64,000 nucleotides of DNA, taken from contig OZ024742.1 in the NCBI GenBank assembly GCA_964016885.1, forward strand, positions 172,856,001 through 172,920,000, read 5' to 3'. Positions 13,873 through 28,245 of the stretch are shown here, one piece after another. The notes under the pieces are model-generated. The model worked only from the letters and a program-made list of their open reading frames with translations. It was not told the origin of the DNA and made no database searches. The DNA comes from Eledone cirrhosa. Taxonomy: Eukaryota. How positions within the stretch are numbered: position 1 is the stretch's first letter; each line of letters begins with the position of its first letter. The translations under genes and the position numbers were made by a program.

Positions 13873-14939
13873 TATGTGAAAGCAAATAATATTGTTAGGA
13901 TAGCCACTCATCTATGAAAAGTTACATGAAATAAATCTTGATTCAAACTTCTCTCACAGGAACATTGGAAATCTCTCCTGAATGTTGAAACAAAATACGC
14001 ATGTACAACCGAGAAGGTTGAACATGCTTATTTGAAAAAAAAAACACATACCACGAGGGGATAAATTATAGTAAAAGCCTGACATGGAATTCCGACAAGT
14101 TCATAATATCACACTATGAAGGATGCTTCAGTGCAATCCATGTACACCAAATCCACACCACTACCTTTTGCACAACAGAGAAAGGTCATTAGATGTTCTC
14201 TTTTGGGTCCACATATTAATAAGTATGTTCTGTTGTAGACGTCAGCTATCCATTTGATATCAATGTGGTAAGAAAATGCAAACCAAAGAGGATAACTACT
14301 GATCATTGATGAGGAGCTTTCAGATCCAGTAGCCAAGATACAAGTTTAGCTTCATCCCCGTAATTATTGGCGCTACAGGTTACATACCAACTCCTAGACC
14401 AAAGTATAGCTGAGCTTGTATCTCAGATTCGAGAATTGCTATTCATTGACCTTTATCTCATACATGTGTTTCGCGAACATTTCGTTACAACCCTGTCAAT
14501 ATTTTAGATTCCATTTTATATATGTTGTAGCGAAAGAGAAAATGAAAGGGCTATATCACGCAACACACGTGATAGCCATTTCGATTAAGTGATGCTTGTG
14601 TTTGATACATAGGATCAAACTCATTCTCTGAAAAACGGTGACATGTATCCAAAAAGAAGAGCAGTTCCAAATCATTGACTGCCAAAGAGCCGCCGGTTTT
14701 ACACGAGCGTGTTCCGTCTCCTGGAAAGTTGTTCTGACAAGAACGAGTGGTCTTTTACACGCTGTGTACTAACCGCGCACTCGGGCACCGAGCTGAGTAT
14801 TTCCATGACGCCACGCATACATAGATACATGCCAGCCTATATACATACACACATACATATATACATACGTACAAACACATACTTCTATTTCGTTTAAATA
14901 TTCATCCATCTCATTATTTAATTAAATATTCCTATGTCT

Positions 14940-15570
14940 CCATTTCAATAAATTATACTTATGATAGATACTTCTATCTTATTAAAATATTCTTCTATAT
15001 CTTCACTATTTAATTATTTAAATATACGTTATATTTCTATGTCATTGGTCGGTACTTCTATATCTTTGTTTCATTATTCTAAACTTATATGTCTATATTC
15101 CACTAAAATATACTCTTATACATATATACTTATATATACAATATACTTATATATATATATCCATTTCATTATATCCTTTTATGTATCGCTTTCACTAATT
15201 TAAACTTACTGGTTTTCAACTCTTTTAAAATAAGCTCCCATATATTAAATTAATTAAATTATATATTTATATATTTATTTCATTAAATTGTGTATCTAAA
15301 TATTCCATTCACAATTCTTCTGTATCTCATTAATCTGTACTTCTATGAATTTGTTTTGTTCATCCATACTTAGATGTCTCTTTTCCACTGCATTATGCGT
15401 TTATGTCTCACTGTCATCAATATATACTTCGATATCTCCGTTTTATTAAAATATACTACTATGTCTCTAAGTAATTAAAATATAAATCTAAGTCTCTATG
15501 TCATTAATCTGTACTGATGCAATTTTATTCAATTAATCTATCCTTATAAGTTTCTATTTAATTAAGGTAA
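14940..15570. repeat. Degenerate AT-rich minisatellite (~25-30 bp unit)
   Basis: Recurring tacttctat..tct....cattaa-like units. Confidence 0.5.
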
Positions 15571-16094
15571 TTACAACAATAATATTTGCCAGAAGGAAAC
15601 TACATTCACCGACTACAAGTTAACAATTATTTCGTGAAATAATGTAAAATGTTATTCTCAGTGTAAATTTGGTTTCTTTTGTTTACATTAAAATATGGAA
15701 AATGAAAATATTTCTCCGTAGACCATTTAAAACCATTCTTGATGTCTAAACTCATCTTAATTGTCGAAATTAATACAATAGTTTTTGTTTGTCTACAATT
15801 TCGTAAATGTAAACCTAATAATTGTTCGAAAGACAAATAAAAAATGAAAGAAACCAAACAGAGAAATCGATATCAAATGATGGTAGACATAAGCATAGTT
15901 GTCTATACTGATCATCAATCACTTGTGAGAATATTGGCTCAACAGTAATATCAATTTAGTGAACGCTGGGGAGTTACAAAATATGAAAGACATCGATAAA
16001 TTAGGTTACATTATATTGGATGATTCTCTAGGAATTATTATTTGCAGTATCGCACTTTTCTTAGCAGCTATTAGACATAAACGCACGATATATG

Positions 16095-16131
<37 letters not shown>

Positions 16132-17099
16132 AGTTCAGATCTACCTCTCAAAACGGCCGGAGCTCAGCCGTCGGTATCCTGAAACTTTTCATATATATAT
16201 ATATTTTATAAAGAGATAGAACCCCGCGACCGAGCACTTGCTTTTTCAACAGCTAATTCCAGACTGTTCGCCGGAGTGCTTCGTGTTTTACTTGGTTTAT
16301 CATTAACAGAGTCGTTTGTCCCTATAATCTTTGAAATTATTCATTTCATGTTTTTCAGTTAATCTCTTGGAATTCTTAAATTCCTTCAATCTCCACCTGT
16401 TTGTTATATATGAGTACCGCTTCTCTACCATCAAAGCATTATGATGTGTTCTCAAGCGAATTATCCACGTCACACAATTGCTATTGTTGAGAAGTTCTAT
16501 AGGAAGCAAGGTCGGAATTTTGCGTTGGCTTTTGTACCTCAGATATTATATTATCTAAATTCCCAATTTAATTAACTCCCGGTACCATAACCTGACCGGT
16601 TAGTAGTTTTGATTGGCCGAGTGAGCCGCTGTGAATTTCAGCATCCTACAGCCACACACCCACATATCCGCTTTTCATTGTCAGATAACTGTCGAAACCA
16701 GTCACACAACTCACCACTGTGTAAACATTAACATTTCGACTATCAGTAGGGCTTCCTGTTGAAAAGTAACTCTCAATGATAATTTGGTCATTTGCAATAT
16801 TTATGGTTAGCAAGTTTTTTCAGTGTTCAAAACCCAAAACATTTTTGTCCAGGAGATGGAAGAGTAACTCTCTCAATCTTTTCTTAGTTAACGTGTTGGA
16901 ATTCCTGAATTTCTTTTATTGTTAATCACCTGTTTGCTATATATGGCGAGGTTCTTTCCTATGAACGACTCACTGAAATGTGCTCCGAAGCTAAATTATC
17001 CACGCATGTAACAACGCCATCGTTGAGCAGCTCCACAGAAAGAAAGATCGGAAAATTGTGTTGACTTCTGTGCCTCTGCCATCAAATCGATTACAATTC

Positions 17100-17155
<56 letters not shown>

Positions 17156-17175
17156 TATATATATATACGTATATA

Positions 17176-17525
<350 letters not shown>

Positions 17526-18596
17526 TTTCAAACTCGCTCACTGTTTCAAAACATACTTACTTGCGATATATATATATATATATGTATTTATTTTGCCAGG
17601 TTTTTATACATATTCATATATATATATATTTATTTGTATATATATATATATATCTAAATATGGGTGTCTGTGTCTTTGTGTGTTTATTTCTTAATCTAGG
17701 TTGCATAATTCTTTTTCTATTGCTCTCCTGTTCTATCTTTATTGAAGACAGTTACCGCTATACGTTCTGCATACATATATATTTCCGATAAACGTAAACT
17801 CACTCTTCCGAATTGTTAAATACACGAGATTGACGCACGAGACAATTTGCAAGGAGGTTTAATGGGAAGGAAATTAAACACAAAATAAATCCAACTTACA
17901 TTTATGATGCTTATACCAATCCTTCCTAACAAAATAGATCAGTAAAATTTAAATAAAATGAATTACATATCAGCTAAAAGTAAAATATATCAAAGAATAT
18001 ATATAAAACATGACAAATAAGATGTGAAACATAAATAAGTACGGAAGACCTTTTGAAATTTAAGAAATGGCTTTAAAACACGAAATATTGTCGTAAAGAA
18101 TAGTGTAATAAATTCAAAAGATAAGGAAAGAAAGCTCAGAAGAAAGAAGGAAAAAACGGAACCAGGATTTGTGGCTGTAATATACCGGGCAATAGAAATG
18201 AAGAAATTTTAGAATCATTTCAACTGGAATATATATATAATCCATTATTTGAAGGTTGCTTTAGAAAATGTTGCATGTGTTGAGATATTTGAGATATTCG
18301 ATACTCCAATTTTATACATTTCTCCTTTCCATATACTACTTAAGAATGCATGAACACGGAGAATATAATATAAAAGTAATGGATTGTAATGATGCTGTTA
18401 CTAATGAGGACAAAGACTGAGAATATAATAGTGTTGATGATGGAATGATGATACGGTGCGCAAGGTTCAGATACTGAGGGTGAGAATGTTATTAGAAATA
18501 ACTTAAAGAGGAGGGTAGATTAGCATAACATAAATAACTGTATAATTTGGAAACTGAGATTCTGTTCAGATATCGGGAATATATTACACACTGTGA

Positions 18597-18683
<87 letters not shown>

Positions 18684-19889
18684 GAGAGAGAGTAATTGTT
18701 GGCTGACTATATTGCTCTTAATATTTAATTTCGAAAAGGAACGGAATCGTAAAGCCCGAAGTAGGAGACGCCGAGGGTAGAATAGCTGTGGTAGTGGGCA
18801 TTGCTGGATGTTTTCCGCTGCAACGTATTCACCATATGTCTGTGATACAATTCTGATATATACCATCCAAATAAAAAATTGAGTTCAACTACCATTACTC
18901 AACTACCATGATTTCAAATATTATTTATTTTCTCTTATTTCTTTTACGACTTATTTTCCTTCACATGCTTACCATAAAACAAACACACACGCGCATACAC
19001 ACACGCATACGCACACACACATGGATGCACCCCCACCCCTCCACACACAAACACACACAAAATTCAAAGACCAAAATACGAAGAGGAGTCGATAAGTGTT
19101 GCATACACATGTAAGATAAAGATGACCTCGTTTAGGGTGAAAGCAAAAGGTATTTGCTTAAAACTTTAGTCTCTACTAATATTGTATATATATATGTAAT
19201 AATTGTTTCTACTTGTTTGGTACAAGACCAGCAATTAACCAGTACCTTACTGGTACTTTATTTTATCGACCCCTTAAGGATGAAAGGCGTAATAATATAT
19301 ATACATATATATATATGCATTTATATAGGCATATATATTTATATATATATATATATGTGTGTGTGTCTGTGTGTGTTTGTGTATGTGCGTGTGGCTGTGG
19401 GTGTGTGTGTTTCTATGCACATATACATTTAGTTGACCGCCAAGAGAAGAGAGTTCTAAATACCTGTGTGAAGCAGGTGTAAGACGATTCACTAATTAGC
19501 CTTAATAAAGTGACTATATACTTATACGTATGTATGAGATGGTTCATATATATAGGTATAAATATTAATTCAATATATAGTTTCATATTTCTCATATCTC
19601 ATATGTACCTAATGTTCACAAATTATCACAATGCCATACCCATTACAAATAAACAGAAATCGGTTACTAACTTTTTACCTTGTTTACGCCTTGCGGTACT
19701 CACTCGAACACCGAAGAGTCGTATTCCACAGATATATTAGGGTGTACGCTTATAACCGTACGTGGAGATGTGTGTGTACAGGTATGCGTGTAAGGAATAT
19801 ATCTCTCACCCCCCCTCTCTCTCTGAATATATATATATATTTACGATAACTAATATCATATATATAAATATATATATACATACATATGA

Positions 19890-20005
19890 AGGCGTGTGGC
19901 TGAGTGGTTAGAGAACTGGATTCGCAATCGTGAGGTTGTGGGTTCGATTCCTGGACCGGGTGATGCGTTATGTCCTTGAGCAAGACACTTTATTTCACGT
20001 TGCTC
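19890..20005 (+). mobile_element. Second tRNA-derived SINE family, CORE-like, 3' truncated
   Basis: A box TGGCTGAGTGG, B box GGTTCGATTCC, followed by TGTCCTTGAGCAAGACACTT resembling the CORE domain. Confidence 0.75.
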
Positions 20006-20252
20006 CTCCTACCTGGAGTTGCAACCGATAGATAGTACTAGCAATTGGAAAGACCAACGGAAACGTTGTTTCCTCGGTCCGATTTGACGAAAGTCGATCG
20101 TTCTTTCATATATATATATATATAAGAAAAGCGATATATATATATATATATATAAGATATATATAAGCGATATATATATATAAGAAAAGCGATCCCATAG
20201 TTAAGATCTCATTCCTGGGTATGTTAATATTTATAAAACAAACACGTTGTAC

Positions 20253-20307
20253 TTTATCTGATGAGTGCGTAGCAACGTATTGGTACCGTTGAAATATATA
20301 TAATATA
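20253..20307 (+). ncRNA. Hammerhead with TATATA helix III (family C), helices decayed
   Basis: TTTAT-CTGATGA-...-GAAA-TATATA-TA-ATA; downstream aatatggttt-ataaatatagtttcca block shared with the 31.2-32.4 kb and 36.8-37.2 kb elements. Confidence 0.6.
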
Positions 20308-21142
20308 ATAAAATGAATATGGTTTCATAAATATAGTTTCCATATATTAATACCATTGATATATATAGAATATTAAATATTGGTGATATATGTTACTTTC
20401 TGTGTGAAATTATAATTAGGTAATATGAATGTTCATGAAAATTATGTAAGTATACAGGTTTCTTTCATAAACAATAGAGTCTATTTTATTAGAGATAGTG
20501 TATCTCTAAATATCTATGGCAATCTTCAGATCTTCATGTTTATACGTACCTACATGAAAACATGTAAACATACGTACTTGCCAAGATGCATGTAGGCATA
20601 CAAACACACAGACACACACACGCACGCACACACACATATATATATATATATATACCTATTAATATATATAATAATATAAACATGTATACCTATATATATA
20701 TATATATATATGAAAGTTGATAATTTATTCGCATGACGTAAATAACAGTAATTGAGGGAGAACAATAACATTCCCATGGAGACAAAATGATGACCAAAGA
20801 AGCATGCATCTCACGCACATGTCCAGTTCATTTCCCTCATTAAAGTTTCACTCATATAGAGTTGTCCGCCTTGAAGCGACTATGTTTTAAAGTTTCAATG
20901 GGCACAAATCCTGTATATATATATATTTATGTATATATATAAGCCAACGAATGCAATCAGGAGGTACAGCCAAGCACTCGATAAGGTATAAAACCTTAGG
21001 GTATATAAATATTGGAATTGAGGTTTTTTTTACAAAATGAAAAATAACCGAGGTGTCCTACACGAGTGAAAGTATAAGGAAAGAAGATGATATCGAAAAT
21101 GCAACTGTAGTCTTTTTTTTTTAAATATATATTTATTTGGTT

Positions 21143-21179
21143 CTTTTACCGGTTTCGCAGTTCTTCTGCTTTTCAAAAG
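21143..21179 (-). ncRNA. Degenerate minimal hammerhead
   Basis: CTTT-TGAAAA (decayed core)-GCAGaagaaCTGC-GAAA-CCGG-TA-AAAG; all three helices preserved. Confidence 0.55.
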
Positions 21180-21212
21180 TAGAATTGAGATGAAGGGTCT
21201 GTGGTTTTTCTC

Positions 21213-21365
21213 ACATTTATTATAATGCTCGGTTTGTTTGCAAACAAACAGCCCTAATTAGTAGCTGTACAGTGTTCGGCAACCATCGTTGTTCAACAGT
21301 GACTAAGGAACGATGGACTAGTTTCTAGCTTATTAGCTGTCATCGGCATCGTATACGTTCCTGTC
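21213..21365 (-). mobile_element. Family A fragment with hammerhead at 21311-21351
   Basis: CGATG-CCGATGA-CAGCTaataAGCTA-GAAA-CTAG-TC-CATCG; flanks align to 9538-9695. Confidence 0.75.
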
Positions 21366-21369
21366 AGTC

Positions 21370-22400
21370 GATTGGCCCTTAGCAATAGAACATTTCCGAA
21401 AGTAAAATTCTTCTACTCCCAACCATTAACCTGTTCCAATCTACAAACTCACAGGGTGTGGCAAATGGTAGCTCAATCAAATAACGGTTAGGTGTACCTC
21501 AGACGCCTTGAAGTTGGAACATAGTATACGCAACGATTAATTCTGTTCAAAAGCAATATACTGTTCCGTATCTCGACTATTTTCTTTTTTCTAAGAGAAA
21601 TTTATGTGGACACATCCAGGCAACCCCAGCAAATGTTTAAAAGCGTTCTGAATCAAATTTACTAATAGTTAAAATGAAAAATTCCTGAAATAACATGAAA
21701 CACTTAAGAAATATTAGGTTTTCTTAATAAAGCACACACCTTCTATAAGAGAAACTCATTTTTATTTACAATAATGATTTCCATAGAATCAAAAACATAA
21801 TGTGAATACGGAACATTGAATATTGAACATTATTTTTGCAAAAGAGACGATTTAGTTGTAGTTGGGTATGTTTTACGGTTTTCGGTAACGATCTATAAAA
21901 TAAATTGTTTCTCAGTTTCATTTTTTGTGAAAATGTTATTGTATTCCTGAAGGAGTTGGACAACTCTTGCTGCAACATCATTCACAACAACTGTCTTCTC
22001 AAGTTTTACAAGTCCACTTTTGTAACCAGGATCATCCTTTCAGGTTGAAGTGTCTCTGTCGAGGTAATCGGTGCTGATAGAACGTCTCGTGAAGAAAGTT
22101 TTTACCAGGCGTTATAAAAGACGAAAACTTGGAAGAAAAGCCATCTTGGTGCTGAAAGTACCTCTTCAGTTGATTCTTTCACATTTGTCTGTTCCCAGCA
22201 TAACTTGAGCATTATTTGCGTTAACCTCTCCTTGCATTACTTGCTCTTTTTATCTCCTTGCTCTCCTTTTCTCTTTGTTGTCCTTCCTATCCTTGCTCTC
22301 CTTGGTCTTTTTATCTTAAAAAAATGCCTTTCCAGGCGAAATTTCAACGTCTCCCGGTCGATAAGGGTCGCCTTGTCGTTGTCTGCGTGAGCTAAAGTTT
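21370..22400 (-). pseudogene. Possible highly decayed PLE N-terminal/RT fragment
   Basis: Only weak residues (FSQKMKLRNNLF; GLP..VH and LR..S-like) in the expected order. Confidence 0.3.
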
Positions 22401-22480
22401 TGAGTTGATTGGTTTGTTAATTGAGACAAGATCGGGGGAGGGAGCTAAACTTCTAGAAAGTTGAAAAATAAGGGCCAGCG

Positions 22481-22538
<58 letters not shown>

Positions 22539-22540
<2 letters not shown>

Positions 22541-23506
22541 TAAAACATGTCTATTGTATCACCAGATAAAATATATACCATTTCCTCTCCCAATTAGCAT
22601 AATTAACCATATACAAAATCGATTAGACCAACCTATAAGAATAAAGGCTTCTATGAAGAAATCTCGGACAAATAACCGAAAGCAGCCCTTCGCGTCGATT
22701 GCGAGGGAATATTTATCGAGTATTTCCACAGCGTGTATGAATCGCTCAGTTATACAGTCAACCAAACATAATTCGGTGTAAAATAAACTAGGAGAAAAGT
22801 GAACATATTTAGTTATGTCTACCATGGTTTCGTCCGCATTTTAAGATATCCGATAGCATCGGACACCCAGAATACCGGACTCTTCAGGAAGTTAGCTCAA
22901 ATTTAGACAATACAATTTCCAAAGTGATCTCGCCAAGAATACATTCAAAAATGGCTAAGAATCGTGACGTAGCAGCTGTCAGGTTAGAAAGAATGTGATT
23001 AGTTGCTTACGGCTGGTGGCTTTTTGCTAGAAAGCGTAGCACAATACAGCAAAATTGCATCTCAACCCAAGGGAGATAATTACATTTAAAGGTTTACATA
23101 TATATATATATATATGTGTGTGTGTTTTGCAACGGGTCACTCTGTGGCTCAATGAAGAGTTAATAAATTAAATAATCAGAGCTATATATCATAAAACATG
23201 TCTATAGAATCACCAGATAAAATATAAACCATTTCTTCTCACAATTAGCATAATAAACCATATAAAAAATCGATTAGACCAAGCTATAAGAATAAAGGCT
23301 TCTATTAAGAAATCTCCGACAAATAACCGAAAGCAGCCCTTCGCGTCGGTTGCGAGGGAATATTTATCGAGTATTTCGACAGCGTGTATGAATCGCTCAG
23401 ATATAAAGTCAACCAAACATAATTAGGTGTAAAATAAACTAGGAGAAAAGTGAACATATTTAGTTACCTCTACCATGGTTTCGTTCGCATTTTAAGATAT
23501 CCGATA

Positions 23507-23510
<4 letters not shown>
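22539..23510 (-). mobile_element. Family B retrozyme-like element, ~1.5 tandem units (~651-bp period) within (TA)n
   Basis: cataaaacatgtcta at 22539 and 23190; second unit breaks off inside its hammerhead; no credible ORF. Confidence 0.8.
22815..22892 (-). ncRNA. Type I hammerhead, intact core
   Basis: ACTTC-CTGAAGA-GTCCG...CGGAC-GAAA-CCATGG-TA-GACAT; the second unit has GAGGT, which pairs fully with ACTTC; extra TCCGAT/ATCGGA hairpin within helix II. Confidence 0.85.
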
Positions 23511-23567
<57 letters not shown>

Positions 23568-24100
23568 CATATACATATAAATATATATAAAGTGACAATA
23601 AGAATTACAGCTTTTTGCAAACTTTATTTCATATTACAATTATTTCCATATTGATCAGCTGTGGTTCGATTATGCGATGGGGTCACGACTCTTAATCGAC
23701 ACTTGTTCAGATATGAGAATTTATACGGGTAGTCCCATCCAATATATGTGCATGTTCATGTGATATTTCAAATGGATCTGTCTTAAATCTTCACTCCCGT
23801 TTTTTTCATTTCCGCTGAGCTATTATTTGATCGGAAAACAAAATATCTGAGAATATATATATGACAATTCATATGCCAACACTATGTAACTTATTTTAAG
23901 TTCATCCTTCTTGTTCAAGATGCAATATGTGCTTACACATGCGCTCATCCAAACGCACGCTCGTACTTATACATATATATATATATGTGTGTGTGTGTGT
24001 ATATATAGATAACTTTGAGTATGTGTTGGTTGTATACACACACACACACACACAGGCACACACACACACACACATACACACACACACACCCACACTTATA

Positions 24101-24126
<26 letters not shown>

Positions 24127-24131
<5 letters not shown>

Positions 24132-24337
24132 TAAGATAGGGGGGAAGAAAAAATGGCTTCACTTGTGCTTTCAACAAATTTATTTTCTTCACAAAATCCA
24201 AAAATAATTTTTCTTAAAAAAAATTATTTTATAAACTAAATTTTTTTTAAGAAAAATTCTTTTTGGATTTTGTGAAGAAAATAAATTTGTTGAAAGCACA
24301 AGTGAAGCCATTTTTTCTTCCCCCCTATCTTAATATA
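24127..24337. repeat. Near-perfect foldback (~95-bp arms)
   Basis: tatattaagataggggggaag...ttcttaaaaaaaatt versus its reverse complement. Confidence 0.9.
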
Positions 24338-24366
24338 CCTAACTGTACCAAGGATTACACACATTT

Positions 24367-24402
<36 letters not shown>

Positions 24403-24452
24403 TGAAGAGATAAGAAGGACGATTGGTTACTCCTTCAATACATTTATTTGTT

Positions 24453-24537
24453 GGTCACGCGCGTTTCGCCACTGATCAGCTGAAGGTTCGATTTGTATCG
24501 ATCTTACCCGACTCTGAAATCTGCGGCTCGACGGACC
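24453..24537 (-). ncRNA. Degenerate hammerhead
   Basis: GGTC-CGTCGA-GCCGC...GTGGC-GAAA-CGCGCG-T-GACC; core damaged, helices intact. Confidence 0.5.
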
Positions 24538-24915
24538 CCTTGAAATGCTAGTAGAAAATGAATACATGCTATATGATGGAGTCATAAGTTCATATGTTGG
24601 TCAATAAAGTTTGTTTTGATTGGTGGAATAGTTCATAGGGATGTTTTTGTCTGTAATGCATGTGGGTGGTGGATGTGATGATAACATGGTGGTGACGGTC
24701 ACGGGCTGAGGTGGGCGGCAGTGTTGGGGTGGTGGATTGTCGGTAGACAGACTGGCATATATTTGTGGTGGATTTGTGTGTGTGGTGTCGGTGTGGTGTT
24801 GTTATTTGTGGTAATGGTGTTTATGGTTGTGTAATGGATGTGTTGGTGGTGTCAAATTCAATAGACTTCCTGGATATATATATATATATATATTTTTTTA
24901 TTTTATAGAAGGAGC

Positions 24916-24960
24916 TTCTACAGGACTAGTACTGTTTCATTCAGATGAAATCTTCAGGAA
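24916..24960 (-). ncRNA. Minimal type I hammerhead, intact core, in a foldback (24895-25040)
   Basis: TTC-CTGAAGA-TTTCatctGAAT-GAAA-CAG-TACTAGTC-CTG-TA-GAA; the mirror arm lacks the CTGANGA box. Confidence 0.8.
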
Positions 24961-25609
24961 TCTTCAGATGAAATCTTCAGGAATCTTCATCTGAATGAAA
25001 CAGTACTAGTCCTGTAGAAGCTCCTTCTATAAAATAAAAACATTTACTCTGCCATGTATTGAGTACCTTACTTACTGTGGTTATCCCCGACTCAACCCGG
25101 GACCTACGTATATATATATATATATATATATACAGATACATCCACCAATTAATGGTAGGGTCTAAGCCGCATGAAGAACTCAATGTAATCCGTATGTAGA
25201 AGATATGATCTATGTAATATATTTTACATAGATCAATAATAGAATGAATATACGGAGAACTACCCCCCAGAAATGATCGTAAAATAATGAGTTTTACTAT
25301 AAATTAACCGTATTTTATTTAATTTCATTGATTTCATTATTTGTATTAAATATATATACTTATATGATTGTGTCGGTCAGTGTGTGATTGTAATTGTAGA
25401 TTGATTGGAAAACATTCCAGAATGAAAAAAAAAACACAATATTATTTTTGAATATTTAAATTATAAATAAGATAATTATAAATAAGATAATGTATCCTCG
25501 GATTACTGCAGTGACAAGTGGCCGTAATAAAGATAGCAAATATTTACTAAATACCAATAAATATTAACACAATGACAAACACTTTCTATCTGTATAGAGG
25601 GTATCAAAA

Positions 25610-26340
25610 TCAACATCACATCATTATCATAATGATCAACGTTAACATCATTATGTTTATCGTTAACACCATCATCATCATCATCATCATCATCAACATC
25701 ATTACCATCTTCAGCTTTCTCTTTTTCGTCGTCGGCAACTTAATAATCGGTAACGCCGCCACCATCATGATATCTAACATGTGCATTAGTATAAATATCG
25801 CCTTCATCATCAGCAGCACCAGCTTGATTATCATCAGCAATAATGCACTCACCATCCTCCTTCTCCACTTCGTCATCTCCATCAGGTTCAGCATCATCTT
25901 TAGTAATGTCAGCAGTTACTTCCTCCGAATTCAACTCATTGTATTCCTCCTCATTCCCTTCCTCCGCCTCGCCTCCCCCTCCTCCTCCTCATCATCCTTC
26001 TCCTCTCATTCTCATCTTTACCATCACCAATATTATCAACGTAATCATCTTTTTAATCGTCCTCAAATCCTGCACCATCATAACCATCAACAACAACAGC
26101 ACAGCCACCACTACCACCGCCGACACCACGGCCACAGCCATTAACAGCATAACCACCATTAACACCACCAATACCAACACCACCAGCATGACATGGAACA
26201 CCGCCACACTTCAGACCCGGCAACCTTCACCACCGCCACTATCATTATAACCAACACCACCACATCTACTAACAACACAATAATAATCAGGATAATCTTT
26301 ATTAATGTGTAAACAAGAACATCATCAATAATCAATAATG
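25610..26340. repeat. Degenerate trinucleotide low-complexity tract (CAT/CCT/CAC/CAA)
   Basis: Runs of catcat, cctcct and caccac explain the overlapping poly-I/S/T/H ORFs. Confidence 0.85.
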
Positions 26341-26645
26341 GAAATGTATAAAAACTTCTCTAATTTTCATTTGATTGACTTTAGCTTCTTCCCTTTTGAC
26401 TCTATGACATTAACATTTCTAAATGACCTTCGAACCGGCTGGAAAGAGGTCATAACCTCTGGTCGTCTATACCATATTAATTGCAATATATCATTTAGCA
26501 AATAAAAGCAATTCATTCGTCCTGAAACACACCCACACATACACGCACAGACACAGCCACGAGTGCGCACACACTCACAGACACACACAGACACAGTCAC
26601 ACAAACACACACATACACGCACACACACACTCACAACCACACAGA

Positions 26646-26680
<35 letters not shown>

Positions 26681-26816
26681 AGAGAGAGAGGTAGAGAGAG
26701 AGAGAGAGAGGGAGAGAGAGACTGACAGACAGAAAAAAAAATATTTTATATAGTTATGTATATACACATATAAATATATATATATATATATGAATATATA
26801 TATACGTATATATATG

Positions 26817-27053
<237 letters not shown>

Positions 27054-27827
27054 GGTATGACGTTGACTTATTAGTGTTGTACACTTACGAATAACTTCAG
27101 AAATACATTAATCATCTAGACTTAGATTGTTGTGCTTTAATAAATATTTATATTTATCTCATTCACTCGTTTTCAATAATGATTTCTTGCCTTCATGTAT
27201 GCTTATTTATTCAAAAAGCTAATACACACACACATACACTCATACATGCACGCACATTCAAACACCCATACACATATATTTATAGAAATAAATTAGTCTC
27301 AGGTCTTCCCTTGTCTAATATTGCACAAGGCAGACAGATTACTGTGACATAGCAATCTCTCGCATTTTTCTTAACACATATTCAACTAATTTCTGCGCGT
27401 CTGAGATCCTCCTGGAAAGTCCATCACCAGTTGTTTTGAACAGTGGTTCGGACACGCACAGAATATGACCCGCAACATAAATCCGATGCACTAGAAATCG
27501 TTTCGTAAAATATCGCCTTCATTTTAGACTTGGTCACGTTTGCTGTCATTTTCAGTTTCCCGATCGAGAACATACAGAGATCACTAGAGAGTAATAGGAC
27601 ATTGGTTCCACTCAAATCCCAATGCGAACCTTCATGTATACATAATTATATATGGACACCTATATCATATTATATACAGACGAAATAATTCGTTATATAT
27701 TTATAATTATTGACAGACATCCAAACATATATTAATCTATATTTCTCTTTTTTTAGCATGATATATATATTTTCATGTATCGATAAAATGTATTTATATA
27801 AATTTTCATTATTCACTTATACTTAAA

Positions 27828-28245
27828 GGGCGGAGGATTGGCAGTATCGGTAGAGGGTTGGACGCCATGCTTTGACGGATAGAGTTACGGTCCTTGCCAT
27901 TCTGAGTTCAAATCGCGCCGAGGTTAACTTTGCCTTTCATACCTTCGGGGTCGATAAAATAAAGTACCAGTAATACACTGGGTCATTGTTGGCCTTGTGC
28001 CAAATGTAGAAACAATTATTCACTTATACGATGCTAAAAGTGTCTACATACAGAAAACATAAATCATTCACACACACACCGACATACATTACGCTTTGAC
28101 GCGTAGAGTTACGGCCCTTGCCATTCTGAGTTCAAATCCCGCCGAGGTTAACTTTGCGTTTCATCCTTACGAGGTCGATTAAATAAAGAACCAGTAATAC
28201 AGTGAGTAATTGCTGGCCTCGTGCCAAAAGTAGAAACAATTATTT
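27828..28245 (+). mobile_element. Full tRNA-SINE (27828-28014) with TSD plus a 5'-truncated copy (28090-28245)
   Basis: Same A/B boxes and tail as the 13.3-kb copies; ATTATTCACTTATAC duplicated on both sides of the first copy. Confidence 0.9.

Noticed and set aside
13293-13890. CRISPR-like repeat/spacer pattern
   Set aside because: The 'spacers' are homologous SINEs; eukaryotic context with no cas genes
16300-17010. Duplicated minus-strand GIY-YIG-like remnants
   Set aside because: Only R..H-like residues remain; too decayed to call
19890-19960. tRNA gene
   Set aside because: Acceptor and anticodon stems do not pair properly and it runs into a CORE-like SINE body
25572-26250. 190-aa and 135-aa ORFs as membrane or mucin-like proteins
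   Set aside because: Degenerate trinucleotide repeats open in several frames
27424-27630. Candidate host exon
   Set aside because: Weak splice signals, no recognisable motif and no partner exons
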